Counted from the stretch's first letter, positions 11,314 through 21,637 are shown. The stretch: 64,000 bases of DNA from Minisyncoccota bacterium (GCA_041666915.1 JBAYFZ010000001.1:137086-201085), one strand, 5' to 3'. The notes: generated by a model from the letters alone, not told the origin. Translations and numbers: made by a program.

Positions 11314-11400
11314 GGAGAGATGGCTGAGTGGTTTAAGGCAGCGGTTTACTAAACCGCCGTTCCCTTACAGGAACCGTGGGTTCGAATCCCACTCTCTCCG
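11314..11400 (+). tRNA. tRNA-Ser with ACT anticodon
   Basis: GGAGAGA/TCTCTCC stem; GCGGT-TTACTAA-ACCGC; long variable arm; G discriminator. Confidence 0.9.
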
Positions 11401-11526
11401 CATTTGACTTCTATATTATATATGTTATAATCCACATAGAATAGTTGCCAACTGTTCTAGATTGCATGAAGTATTTTTGTAGGTTACAAGCCTATAAAAA
11501 TGGGCTACAACCCCATGGTCTGAAAA

Positions 11527-12306
11527 ATGGCACGAAAGATAAGTACAATGAAAATGAATAATGAAGAGATCGATCGTCTACTACGTGTCGTATCTGAAAG
11601 TCTCCGTCTAAGTTGGGAGAAGGCAATGATCAATGGTCAGAGCTTATTAACAATAAAGAAAGAAAGGGAGGATGCTTTTGCCTTGATTGAGTCTAACGAC
11701 AAGAAGGTTAAACGTATTCTAAGTTTAATGTTATTGTTCTGTGCCTCGTCTGTTGCGGCTACGGTGTACATTTCAGTATGTAACATCGTTTGTCCGGCGT
11801 GGGTTAATGAGATACAGGGTTTTCCGATTTTGTTTCTTTTTATCGGTGTTTATGGACAATGGTATCTTGATAAAAAGAGCAGTACTGCACGGCGGGATGT
11901 ATCAGAATGTGAAGAAGTCTTCACATGGTTAGGGGAGTCAGTGGATTCCTTAAATTGTCTCGGTGTTGGTAATCCTCATTGGGATATCATTACTGAGCCA
12001 CAAGTCACTGAGAGATTGGTTCGGGCTGCTTATAGGGTCTTGGATGCGCAAGCAAGCTTTGAATCGTGTCGTGTAAAACCTAGCGTAGATCGGTACAGTG
12101 TGATCCGTGCTGGAAATTGGATTGAGCATTGTGAAGGAATGTTTAATCGGATTTGGGATACAGCTACGCACGATTTCGGTCTGATCTTTGATAAAGGAGA
12201 GATCTTCAAGCAAGCTTTAAAAGAACTTGAGAAGGATAAAGTTAAAAAAACTTCGGATTGCCCCGACGTTCCTTACTTACCAGACTGGGCGAAACCGCCG
12301 GTGTAA
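11527..12306 (+). CDS. Hypothetical membrane protein
   Basis: 259-aa ORF with two hydrophobic segments, an upstream promoter-like sequence and a downstream hairpin. Confidence 0.7.
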   Translation: MARKISTMKMNNEEIDRLLRVVSESLRLSWEKAMINGQSLLTIKKEREDAFALIESNDKKVKRILSLMLLFCASSVAATVYISVCNIVCPAWVNEIQGFPILFLFIGVYGQWYLDKKSSTARRDVSECEEVFTWLGESVDSLNCLGVGNPHWDIITEPQVTERLVRAAYRVLDAQASFESCRVKPSVDRYSVIRAGNWIEHCEGMFNRIWDTATHDFGLIFDKGEIFKQALKELEKDKVKKTSDCPDVPYLPDWAKPPV

Positions 12307-12366
12307 TGGTAACAAAAGACCCTCGCGTACAAAGTGTACGTGAGGGTTTGTTTTTTTAAATCGTGA

Positions 12367-12636
12367 TCAATCATCGAACTTGATAGTTTTAGGATTCTGT
12401 CTTATTAGGTCTCGTAGAGCCCTTAGATAATTGACGGCTTCTTCGCCGGTTTTGAAGACTGGAGGTGTTGCCAATACAGTTACGTCTTTCTTCCAATCTT
12501 TAATAAAACCAACAATTCTTCCACTTTCACCACCGAAGTGAATCTCAAGATCCGCTCCTGAGGCTTCTGGGGACAGTAACGTCCTAAGAACGTCTGGCTT
12601 AAGACCTAGACAATTTACTAGCATTTCATCTTTCAT
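12367..12636 (-). CDS. Hypothetical protein
   Basis: 89-aa ATG ORF filling the intergenic gap. Confidence 0.55.
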   Translation of the reverse strand: MKDEMLVNCLGLKPDVLRTLLSPEASGADLEIHFGGESGRIVGFIKDWKKDVTVLATPPVFKTGEEAVNYLRALRDLIRQNPKTIKFDD

Positions 12637-12704
12637 AATATATAGAGCTGTTTATTAAAAAGGCTAGCACTAGGCTAGTCAAAAATCAAGCCCTTTTTCC
12701 TCAC

Positions 12705-14231
12705 CTAAAACCCTGGAAAATAATCAACCTTAACGTTTTTCTTGGGTACACCTATTTCAAAAAGAACTTTTTCACAGGCAGTCACGAAGGCGTGTGGGCC
12801 GGACACAAAGAAGAGACGTTCCATATAGTCGGGCACTTCATTCAAAATCATTTTTACATCCACGAAACCTTTGTAGCCAGCCCAATCTTCTGGTAAATGT
12901 TCCAGATCCGATAGGGTACAGACAGTTTTTAGATCCATCTGAACATGTGCACGATGAACAAGGTTGGTGTAGGCTATCTCCTCAAATCTTTTACAACAAT
13001 AAACCAAGGTAACATCACGTCTCTCATCTCTATCTATCATATAAGAAATCATACTTCGGAAAGGTGTGATACCGATACCACCAGCCAAGAAGCAAAGCTT
13101 GGTATTTTTGTTTTTTGGTAAAGTGAATTCTCCAGAAAGTTGTCCCGCTAATATAGTCTTACCTTCTTCCAATTCTGCTAAAGCTTTTTTGAAACTACTA
13201 GATTTTTTGGCGTCAAATTTTATGCCGAGAAGAATCTCTTTTTCTGTTGGAGAAGAAGCGATGGTCAAGTAACGTCTATTACCACGACTATCCGTCTTAT
13301 TATGATCCAAAGTCCATTCCATGTACTGTCCGGGTTTGAATGATATACGTCTATCAGGAACGAAAGCGAATTCTCCAGTATCTTTGGCTATTTTGGTGCT
13401 ACCTTTGAAGGTTAGGATATATTTTAATTTTGGACTCATGAGCCAAGAGAAGATATTTCCTACGCATAGAGCCAATTCTGGAGTGGAATAGAGCCAACCA
13501 ATGTGTATAGTAGGAATGAATAAGACACCCGTTATGGCACCATAAATGACACGACCAGACTTTGTTGGAGGAGTGGTCAGAGGTTCAGTGAGCATTACCA
13601 AAGCAAAGAAAATGATGGGGGAATCCACGAATATTTGACGAAGTAGTACAAGAGGACTTGTATGTCCAAAAGTAGATATAGTAATAGAGATAAATGCAAC
13701 TACTACGAAACTTATTACCAGATCAAACCTTCTGATTTTGCGAGTGATGAATAATCCACCAATCAAAATGAATGGTAACATCCAGATTGTACCAATCCAC
13801 CAAGTTGCGGACTCATGAATAGTAAGAGCTGTCAAAGCTACGGCGAAACCTGCTGGATTGAAAATATGTTTTTTACCAAAAGCTAAAATAAATTTACCCG
13901 CTGAACCCCAGATACCAGCCCAGATGAGGAATGGAACTACTGAAAGATAATGTCCAGTAGTTGGAGGACTGATCAGAAAAGCTAGAATAAGTGCCGTTAT
14001 ATAAACTGATTCAGAATTGGCCGGAGTATTGAATATTTGAGTGAAGATTTTATTTGTCACCCAAGAAACTATCAACAATATTGCTGTTGAGTAAAGAAGA
14101 GCTTGCGGAGTGAATGGTAACTTTCCAAATGCACTCAAAAGGGAAGCGATAAGAAGCCAAGCAGTGAGACAGTACAGTACCAATCTGTACATCGTTATTT
14201 TATTTAATAAGTTATCTATGGATTTAAGCAT
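12705..14231 (-). CDS. RnfD/NqrB-like membrane domain fused to an FNR-type FAD/NAD(P)H oxidoreductase
   Basis: KHIFNPA and MLTEPLTTP (RnfD-like); FKPGQY, RYLTIASSP, LAGGIGITPFRSM, SGP, DYFPGF (FNR-like). Confidence 0.88.
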   Translation of the reverse strand: MLKSIDNLLNKITMYRLVLYCLTAWLLIASLLSAFGKLPFTPQALLYSTAILLIVSWVTNKIFTQIFNTPANSESVYITALILAFLISPPTTGHYLSVVPFLIWAGIWGSAGKFILAFGKKHIFNPAGFAVALTALTIHESATWWIGTIWMLPFILIGGLFITRKIRRFDLVISFVVVAFISITISTFGHTSPLVLLRQIFVDSPIIFFALVMLTEPLTTPPTKSGRVIYGAITGVLFIPTIHIGWLYSTPELALCVGNIFSWLMSPKLKYILTFKGSTKIAKDTGEFAFVPDRRISFKPGQYMEWTLDHNKTDSRGNRRYLTIASSPTEKEILLGIKFDAKKSSSFKKALAELEEGKTILAGQLSGEFTLPKNKNTKLCFLAGGIGITPFRSMISYMIDRDERRDVTLVYCCKRFEEIAYTNLVHRAHVQMDLKTVCTLSDLEHLPEDWAGYKGFVDVKMILNEVPDYMERLFFVSGPHAFVTACEKVLFEIGVPKKNVKVDYFPGF

Positions 14232-15027
14232 CTTTTCTTACGAGATTGTCCGCTGGTTGGTGGATTGCGAAACTTTCAAAACCACTAGTCATGGTCGCCA
14301 TACCTGCATTATCAATTATATAACCTTCTAGACCTTTCTGCTTCTCTATAAAGTTAATACCTGCTTTACCCATAGCAAAAACGGCTGTAGCAAAGCGATC
14401 GGCTTCGTAAACATTCGGTCCTATGACAGAAAGACTGACGATGTCAGTAATTTCTTTACCCTTGTTTTTTGGATTGTAAATATGTTGACCACGAATATAA
14501 GTACCAGATGTGGCGATTCCTTGATTTTGCAAATAAACAACTTTTATAATTTCACCTTGTTTGAAAGGGTTTTCTATACCGACTTTCCAAAGCTCTCCTT
14601 TTGAATTGTTGCCACCGACTTGTATATCACCGCCAGCTTCCACATAGTAATCTTTGAAACCATTTTCTTCTATAATTTTTAAAGCGTTATATATTGCCCA
14701 ACCTTTCACTATGCCTGATGGGTCGTATATCCCTTTGCGATTTACAATATCAAAATAACCATCAGTTTCTTTTTTTGTTTGTTCTGATAAAAGGAAGATC
14801 TCTCGCATATCTCTACTTGAATTTTCAATTGAAATTTCACCGCGATTTATCTTCATAATCTCACTATCTTTTTTGTAAGTACTAAATTTTTCATCAACAT
14901 AAACGAAATAATCAAAAGCTTTGTTGATAGCAAGAGATTCGTGAGGAAAAACAGTAGAATCGTTAGTCTTTGGTGAGACTACTTCTATTGTGATAGGCAT
15001 ACCCATAATAATACGGGTCTGTTTCAT
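14224..15027 (-). CDS. apbE: FAD:protein FMN transferase
   Basis: DPSGIVKGW, VEAGGDI, WKVGIENP, IATSGTY, HIYNP, ADRFATA. Confidence 0.92.
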   Translation of the reverse strand: MKQTRIIMGMPITIEVVSPKTNDSTVFPHESLAINKAFDYFVYVDEKFSTYKKDSEIMKINRGEISIENSSRDMREIFLLSEQTKKETDGYFDIVNRKGIYDPSGIVKGWAIYNALKIIEENGFKDYYVEAGGDIQVGGNNSKGELWKVGIENPFKQGEIIKVVYLQNQGIATSGTYIRGQHIYNPKNKGKEITDIVSLSVIGPNVYEADRFATAVFAMGKAGINFIEKQKGLEGYIIDNAGMATMTSGFESFAIHQPADNLVRKDA

Positions 15028-15028
15028 A

Positions 15029-15475
15029 TTAGATCTTGGCTTGAACCAATGCTTGAGTTAGAGATTTGATGAATCCAGTACTAGTCTGTGTTGCTCCAGA
15101 GACCATATCCACGGTTGCACTCTGAACTTTGATGGCTTCACTCTTCAAAATCGGCATAGCGTGGGCACTTTTTTCTTGGGAAGTCTCCTGATCATTGGGA
15201 TATTGTAAGAATTTGATGTCAGTCAATTTGCTATTAGCAATAGTTGCTTGTACCTCTACGTTGCCATAGAAAACATCTACTACTGGTCCAGTATATGTAC
15301 CATTTTTGTATTTAATTGAAGCACTTGCTGAGATTTTTGGTTTTGTAGGGGTCACGTTCAATTCTGATGTTACTGGTGTAGGTGAAGAAGCAACCTCTTT
15401 CACTTTTGAAGTGGTCCAAAATGAATAAAATGCAAAGACGATTATTAGTGATAGTGATAAGTATAGTTTTTTCAT
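15029..15475 (-). CDS. Membrane-anchored FMN-binding protein
   Basis: N-terminal TM segment; YKNGTYTG; flavinylation motif DMVSGATQTS. Confidence 0.9.
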   Translation of the reverse strand: MKKLYLSLSLIIVFAFYSFWTTSKVKEVASSPTPVTSELNVTPTKPKISASASIKYKNGTYTGPVVDVFYGNVEVQATIANSKLTDIKFLQYPNDQETSQEKSAHAMPILKSEAIKVQSATVDMVSGATQTSTGFIKSLTQALVQAKI

Positions 15476-15617
15476 GATGTATTTAATATTTATTTAAGGG
15501 TATGTCCAATAAAGGTGAAGCAAAATTTCTTCATTATTTCTTTAATCTTTCTTAATCAGGATTTTAACCAGCTCTGATATCCTTTGTTATTATAAGTATA
15601 ATTCATTTAATAATTTT

Positions 15618-16142
15618 ATGAAAGCAAAAAAAGATTTTATATGTTGCACGATCAAGAAGGTCAAAAAAACTAAGGTCAAAGTTCCAAAGAAAGGTTTTAC
15701 TTTGATAGAAGTTCTAGTGGTTATAGGTATCATTGCTATCTTAGCGGCGGTTGTTTTGGTAGCAGTCAATCCTTCAAGACAATTCAAGTTGGCTCGTGAT
15801 TCTCAGAGAGTTAGTAATGTAAATGCTTTATTGAATGCTATTCATCAAAATATGGCTGAACATCGTGGAATGTTTGTCTGTGGTGGTGTTACAAGGGTCT
15901 TACCAAGTACTGCTAGGGTAGTCAAAACAGCTTCTTCTTCACCAGAAGATGAAGGTGACATAGCTTCTTGCTTGGTGCCAGACTATTTATCTTCTTTACC
16001 AGTTGATCCTTCAATGACCAACGCTCATTTTTCTGACGCAACAGATTATGATACCGGATATGTTATTTATAAGGATATAAACAATCGCATTACTGCTAGT
16101 TCAACAGGTGAGTTGACCACATCTATATCAGTGACACGTTGA
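15618..16142 (+). CDS. Type IV pilin-like protein
   Basis: Prepilin cleavage motif KKGFTLIEVLVVIGIIAILA; ARDSQR. Confidence 0.92.
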   Translation: MKAKKDFICCTIKKVKKTKVKVPKKGFTLIEVLVVIGIIAILAAVVLVAVNPSRQFKLARDSQRVSNVNALLNAIHQNMAEHRGMFVCGGVTRVLPSTARVVKTASSSPEDEGDIASCLVPDYLSSLPVDPSMTNAHFSDATDYDTGYVIYKDINNRITASSTGELTTSISVTR

Positions 16143-16167
16143 AAAAATTAGACTATTATATAGAGTA

Positions 16168-17106
16168 ATGACAGTTAATCGAAAATTTATAATTCTCTGG
16201 TTATCTTGTTTTATTCTTATAGTTTTTGCTCTATTCGTTAAATTTTCCGATTCTTTGTTTCAAGATAAAACATCAAAAGTTTTAGATACTATTCCAGTGC
16301 AAATAGATGCTGTCCCCGATAGTTCTTTCTATTCTCAGGAACAGATTGATAAACAAAAGAAAGCGGTTGTTCCGGTCAAACCACCAGTTTCTGCTAGAGC
16401 TTATTTGGTCGGAAATGTTGAAACTGGGAAGGTTTACATGGAGAAGAATTCCAAATTAGTGTTACCAGTAGCTTCCATGTCAAAGTTGATTACATCTATA
16501 GAATCTTTGGATACGATGTCCTCAACCACAGAGATCACTATTACCGAAAGTATGCTCGGACTATCTGATTCAGTCAATTTGAAAGCTGAAGAGAAATTCA
16601 CTGTTTCGGAATTACTCCATGTATTATTGCTCAATTCTTCAAATGTTGCTGCAGAAGCTCTAGCATCCTCTACAGATAGAAAGAAATTTTTGGACATCAT
16701 GCCAAGTTATGCTTGGGAAGTTGGAATGCCTGTAACTTATTTCGCTGATCCTTCTGGTATAGATCCGCATAATGTGTCATCAGCTAGCGATTTCTTTGCA
16801 TTAGCAAGATATCTATACAAGTTGCGTCCAGATATTCTCGCTATAACCAAGACAACCGATTATATATTGGCCACGACAACTGACCATGGATATCATAGTC
16901 TATTCAATATTCATCCTTTTGTAAGAGATCCCAACTTTCTTGGTGGCAAAACAGGTCATACAGATGAAGCTAAAGATACGATGCTAACCATTATTAAAAT
17001 TGGAGATCAACCTGTAGCAGTTATCGTACTTTCGTCGGATAATAGAAAAGCGGATACGGCGTATCTCATAGGACAGGTTAAGGCAATGAGAATTTCTAAT
17101 TACTAA
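16168..17106 (+). CDS. D-alanyl-D-alanine carboxypeptidase (peptidase S11)
   Basis: ASMSK, SSN and GGKTG motifs. Confidence 0.92.
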   Translation: MTVNRKFIILWLSCFILIVFALFVKFSDSLFQDKTSKVLDTIPVQIDAVPDSSFYSQEQIDKQKKAVVPVKPPVSARAYLVGNVETGKVYMEKNSKLVLPVASMSKLITSIESLDTMSSTTEITITESMLGLSDSVNLKAEEKFTVSELLHVLLLNSSNVAAEALASSTDRKKFLDIMPSYAWEVGMPVTYFADPSGIDPHNVSSASDFFALARYLYKLRPDILAITKTTDYILATTTDHGYHSLFNIHPFVRDPNFLGGKTGHTDEAKDTMLTIIKIGDQPVAVIVLSSDNRKADTAYLIGQVKAMRISNY

Positions 17107-17421
17107 TTTTTAATTTCTAAGAAAGCTCCAATAAACAAACACCAATAAACTAACCAGTTTGTTCCGTCGTCGGCCCAGTAGGCGAATCTACTGATTCGTC
17201 GGACGTTGTGAATGTAATACACATTCACACGATCCTCACTAGCCGGAATAACCAACCGCCCATCGTGGCATTTTGGTTATTGATTATTTTTGTTGTGTCA
17301 TTCCCGCGAAGGCGGGAATCCAGGATTATTACGAATCAATAGTCCATATTTTGCGGTAACCATGGATTCCCGCCTTCGCGGGAATGACAACGCAAGAAAT
17401 TAGTAATTAAAAATTAGAAAT
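17092..17421. repeat. Nested composite of two heptamer-repeat families, a structured core and a palindromic element
   Basis: TTTCTAA/TTACTAA/TTTTTAA arms at 17092-17119 and inverted at 17399-17421; CAATAAA/CAAACAC arm at 17128-17150 and inverted-type arm at 17274-17287. Confidence 0.7.
17296..17389. repeat. REP/MITE-like element with 27-bp terminal inverted repeats
   Basis: tgtcattcccgcgaaggcgggaatcca and its perfect reverse complement. Confidence 0.9.
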
Positions 17422-17426
17422 TCTCT

Positions 17427-18176
17427 TCATATCCAACTTCTTATCAAAGCCTCCGTTTCTTCTGGACCTTTTACTGAAATACAATCTACACCAGTTGTCT
17501 TGGCAGGATAATCGTTACCACCATAGAATAGGGCATCACCAACAAATAAAATATCATCAACGGATAGTTTCAGATATTGCTCTAGTTTGCGGATACCGTA
17601 AGCCTTATTCACTCCTTTTCTAGTTATATCTACTGATGTAGCACCACCGACTCTAATATCAAATTCTGGAATCTTTGGCATCAAAAGTGAAGCGATATAT
17701 TCACGCTTCTTTCTGGTTGGATCCCAAGCATATTTCAGTTCTACGGGAGCTTTTTGTCCAAGAGCAGAAAAAGTGATTTGTGAACCACGATCTTCTATGA
17801 GATCGCCGTAGACAACGGCAGGTTTTTCGTAAGCAGAACTATTTAAGATCAAGTTCAAAGCAGTCATAATCTTAGCTTTTTCTTTTTGTTCTAAATTTTC
17901 CGCATATTGTTCTTGCCAATCTCCTTTCCAGACATAAAGTTTTGTACCAGAAGTCGGTAAGAGCAAAAGATTACCGTAATTTTCTGAAGCACTAGGTATT
18001 TTGCTTATAAACTGTGTTTGAAATTGAGGGTAACCACCACCGGAAATTATTGCAACTTTTGTCGTGACTAAAAGTTTGCTTATAAGATCGGCCATAACTG
18101 GTTCAATAGGAGATTTACTTTTTGTTAAAGTACCATCAAGGTCAAATATCACTAGTTTTTTGGAAAAGTCTGACAT
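17427..18176 (-). CDS. HAD-IIB hydrolase, phosphomannomutase-like
   Basis: FDLDGTL, ISGG, IEDRGSQITFSALG, GGATSVD, FVGDALFYGGNDY. Confidence 0.88.
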   Translation of the reverse strand: MSDFSKKLVIFDLDGTLTKSKSPIEPVMADLISKLLVTTKVAIISGGGYPQFQTQFISKIPSASENYGNLLLLPTSGTKLYVWKGDWQEQYAENLEQKEKAKIMTALNLILNSSAYEKPAVVYGDLIEDRGSQITFSALGQKAPVELKYAWDPTRKKREYIASLLMPKIPEFDIRVGGATSVDITRKGVNKAYGIRKLEQYLKLSVDDILFVGDALFYGGNDYPAKTTGVDCISVKGPEETEALIRSWI

Positions 18177-18179
18177 ATT

Positions 18180-20063
18180 TTAGATTTCAAGCATTCGTAA
18201 GAGAGCGGATACTTTTACTGTGGCAACACCGGTGACCAAATCGGCTGCACCGTAATATATATAAGCATTTGTTCCTCGGACTGTTAGTCCGCAAGGGAAG
18301 ACTACGTTTGCGACTATTCCTTTGTGTTCATATTCAGCTTCAGGCTCAAATAATGGAATAGCTGTTCGGGCTTTGACAATGGTAGGGTCTTCTAAATCCA
18401 GCAAGACTGCACCAACGCGATATGTCGTACTCCAAGATACGCCATGGTATAGGAGAAGCCAACCAGCTTTTGTTTTGATGGGTGGTGTAGAAATACCGAC
18501 TTTGCCACCGTCCCACATGCCACGACGTGGAGAAATAATCTCAATACATTGGGTTATTTTTTCTTTTGTAAAATCTAAAGAAGAGACGAAGTCAGCGCAT
18601 ATACTTTCGTTGACTCTATGAAATATCATGTAACCTCCTTTAACTTTTTCTGGCAAAATAGTGGAATCTTTGTTGGCTATAGAAGGTGGAGAGATAACTT
18701 CTGGATTGGACCATCCCGCCCAACGCTTTTTCAGGAAATCATTAGTAGATATTGAACTGATAGCTACTCTAGGTGTAACGCCGTCATAACCGGTATATGT
18801 CATGTAAAGGCGTTTATCTATCTCTACAATTCTAGGGTCTTCACAACCCAATGTTTCAAATCCGGCTCGTGGGAAATATATGGGTTTATCTGATCTTTCG
18901 TCTATTGAAAAACCATCGGATGAACAAGCATAACCAATTGTAGAAATATTGTTGGCTGAAACAGCTCTATAAAGAATATGAGTCTTATTGTCTAATTCAA
19001 TAGCCGCTGGGTTGAGAGTACCTCTAGCTTCCCAAAGCATTTCTGGTCGTGGAGATAGGATAGGGTTACCTGGAAAACGAGTTATGTTGGAACCACGGTC
19101 TTTGTCGGTAATACTCTTTAGGAGATTGTCCAAAGGGATTTTTGCCATGGCACAATGTGTATCGGCGCCACCGTAGTAGATTTCAAAATGATTGTCACGG
19201 ATAAGTGAACCAGAAGGGAATATGACATGTCCTACTTGCCCAACTTCTTCATAATATGTCTCTGGTGCCATGAAAGGGCCCTTTGTCCTACCGATAATAT
19301 GACGAGGATTGTCTTTGTCTAGAAGGAGGACTTCAATACCAAAGACTTGATCGGATCTTCCGTATCTCTGAATATGTGAATACAAAACCAACCAGCCTTT
19401 GTCTGTCTTTATAGGAGCGGCACCTAGCTCTATATGGTCATCTGGAAGTCTGGAGACGTGGAGTTTATGAGCCTCAAGATTTTCATACCAAGCGTTCCAG
19501 TATTCTGGTGACCACATATCTTCTGGTTTATCAAATTCTGCGTAGCAAATGAAGGAAGGTTTACGATCAGTGTTTACGGTTAGGAGTGCTGCGATTTTGC
19601 CGTTTATCTTTTCTGGGAATAATGCCATGGCTTTGGCATTGAATGGTGTGACCAAATGTTTTTCGGTTATGGTATCCAGATCTTTTGAAAGAGCAACTGC
19701 AACCTTGATAGTTTCAGCTGAAAATGGGTAACCTCCTAAAGCGGTATAGAATATGTAGTATGTATCACCAAGTTTTGTGACGCGAGGATCTTCACAACCG
19801 TAGAAATCAAATTCACGATCTGGTGAGACGAGAATTTTGCGATCTTCAAAATGGTGTCCATCTTTGGAAATACCTCTTCCAATAACAGAAGTTTGTACAT
19901 GAGGTTGGCGGAGCAAGTCTGGTTCAGACATGGCTCTGTAAACCAAGATAGTATTTTTACCCTTTACAATAGGAGAACCGTTGAAAGCGGCGGCAGCTTC
20001 CCATGGGTGTTCCTTTATTGGTGACAAGATAGGATTATGTTCTGACCTTGTTAATGTAAACAT
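18180..20063 (-). CDS. Tandem two-domain GH130 glycoside phosphorylase/glycosidase
   Basis: Two repeats of NPILSP..FNxx/LNPAA..YRA..GCEDPR..PIKTxxGWL..VxFPxG..YYGxAD. Confidence 0.9.
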   Translation of the reverse strand: MFTLTRSEHNPILSPIKEHPWEAAAAFNGSPIVKGKNTILVYRAMSEPDLLRQPHVQTSVIGRGISKDGHHFEDRKILVSPDREFDFYGCEDPRVTKLGDTYYIFYTALGGYPFSAETIKVAVALSKDLDTITEKHLVTPFNAKAMALFPEKINGKIAALLTVNTDRKPSFICYAEFDKPEDMWSPEYWNAWYENLEAHKLHVSRLPDDHIELGAAPIKTDKGWLVLYSHIQRYGRSDQVFGIEVLLLDKDNPRHIIGRTKGPFMAPETYYEEVGQVGHVIFPSGSLIRDNHFEIYYGGADTHCAMAKIPLDNLLKSITDKDRGSNITRFPGNPILSPRPEMLWEARGTLNPAAIELDNKTHILYRAVSANNISTIGYACSSDGFSIDERSDKPIYFPRAGFETLGCEDPRIVEIDKRLYMTYTGYDGVTPRVAISSISTNDFLKKRWAGWSNPEVISPPSIANKDSTILPEKVKGGYMIFHRVNESICADFVSSLDFTKEKITQCIEIISPRRGMWDGGKVGISTPPIKTKAGWLLLYHGVSWSTTYRVGAVLLDLEDPTIVKARTAIPLFEPEAEYEHKGIVANVVFPCGLTVRGTNAYIYYGAADLVTGVATVKVSALLRMLEI

Positions 20064-20089
20064 TTTTTTAAATAATCAATAACCAAGAC

Positions 20090-21202
20090 TTAACTAACTC
20101 TTCCATAACTCACCAACCATTCTAATAATTTCTTCATCGGTGTCTCTGCAATACAAACATGTTTATCGCCACCACCGTAATAAATCATCAAATTTTCTCC
20201 TATAACTACTGCTCCTGATGCGTATACAACTCCTGGTTTGCCGTCATTCTCATAGTGAGCATCTGGTTCAAGGATTGAATGAGGTGAACGATACAGTACT
20301 TTTGTCGGATCATTCAGATCTAAGATCATCGCACCAACTTTATATTTGTTTGGGTCAGCTCGGTCCATGGCGTGATAGAGGAGTAACCAACCAAGCTCGG
20401 TCTTGATAGGTGGAGGACCAGCGCCACGTACCCAGTTGTCCCAAAAACCTTTTCTACCTCCTCGAGGAGCACTACTCTTGATGAATTTTGTATCACCGAG
20501 AGCATCTAGACTGTCTACGTAATCAACTAAAATATTTGGAGTGATACCGTGTAGTATTGCAAACTTACCATGGATTTTTTCAGGGAAAATAAGCCAGTTT
20601 TTATTGACCTGTCTTGGTGGAGAGATAAGACATGGTCTTCTCCAATTCCACTTACCTTTTTTGAGATCTTCCAATAAGATTGAGGTTAGACCTATTCTAA
20701 CTGAACTCCAACCTTCAAAAGCTACATAAGTCATGTATACACGACCGTCTATGGTGACAGCACGAGGATCTTCTGAACCACCCCAACCACCACCAGAAGT
20801 ATAAAAAGCAGGGCAGTATTTTTTTGGTCCAGTGACTTTTTCGGCGTCGGGCATTCCGTATCCAGGAAGAGGTTCAAAAACAGGGTATGAAGATCTGACA
20901 TTGAAATCTTTACCGTTTTCACTTGAGGAGTGACCTACACGTGATATACCATCAGCACCTATGGCTCGATAGAGAAGATGAACGATACCTCGATCATCTT
21001 TTATAGCAGCTGGGTTGAAAGTTCCACCATGTTCCCATTCACGTACGAGTTGAGGGGAAAGGATAGGGTTTGCGTGATGACGGTCTAGTTTGTATTGGGG
21101 TTTTAACTTCTTGTAGCTAATAGTTGCAAAACGTGCGATAGCCAAAGCTAAAGCAACAAAGAGGAGGGCTATTAGGGCTAAAATTAAAGAAGGTTGCATC
21201 AT
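20090..21202 (-). CDS. GH130 family protein with N-terminal membrane anchor
   Basis: FNPAA, SEDPR, NKNW, PPIKTELGWLLLYH, YYGGGD. Confidence 0.9.
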   Translation of the reverse strand: MMQPSLILALIALLFVALALAIARFATISYKKLKPQYKLDRHHANPILSPQLVREWEHGGTFNPAAIKDDRGIVHLLYRAIGADGISRVGHSSSENGKDFNVRSSYPVFEPLPGYGMPDAEKVTGPKKYCPAFYTSGGGWGGSEDPRAVTIDGRVYMTYVAFEGWSSVRIGLTSILLEDLKKGKWNWRRPCLISPPRQVNKNWLIFPEKIHGKFAILHGITPNILVDYVDSLDALGDTKFIKSSAPRGGRKGFWDNWVRGAGPPPIKTELGWLLLYHAMDRADPNKYKVGAMILDLNDPTKVLYRSPHSILEPDAHYENDGKPGVVYASGAVVIGENLMIYYGGGDKHVCIAETPMKKLLEWLVSYGRVS

Positions 21203-21225
21203 ACTTAAATGTACTATTTTACTTA

Positions 21226-21582
21226 TTATTTACGGCCGTACTTATCCTCTAGACGAACAATATCTTTTTCGTCAAATTCTCCAAAAGCTAATTCCAATAA
21301 CACTAAATTTTCTGTTCCACCATGTAAACGGTGTTGTATTTCTCTGGGAACAAAACAATCCATTCCGCCTTTGAGTTCAATTTTTTCTCCGTTTATCTCT
21401 GCACTACCATTTCCAGACACAATCCTCCAATATTCGTCACGGTTGTGATGATACTGCAGACTTAAAGATTCTCCAGGAAAGACGGTGATAATCTTAACCA
21501 TTGATGGTCCATCCCTAGTAATCCATAGTTCTTCTCCCCATGGTCTCTTTTCTTGGAACGGTTTAGGAGGTCCTATTTGCAT
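21226..21582 (-). CDS. Mannose-6-phosphate isomerase type II C-terminal cupin
   Basis: RPWG, LSLQYHHNRDEYW, HRL, EKDIVRLEDKYGR. Confidence 0.92.
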   Translation of the reverse strand: MQIGPPKPFQEKRPWGEELWITRDGPSMVKIITVFPGESLSLQYHHNRDEYWRIVSGNGSAEINGEKIELKGGMDCFVPREIQHRLHGGTENLVLLELAFGEFDEKDIVRLEDKYGRK

Positions 21583-21637
21583 AGATAGGAGAATTATACT
21601 ATAAAATCAACATATTTTATGTAAAAACTGTGTATAA

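Noticed and set aside
7529-11400. Prophage or integrative island at the tRNA cluster
   Set aside because: tRNA-end duplications are present but there is no integrase or phage gene, and the spans are under 1 kb
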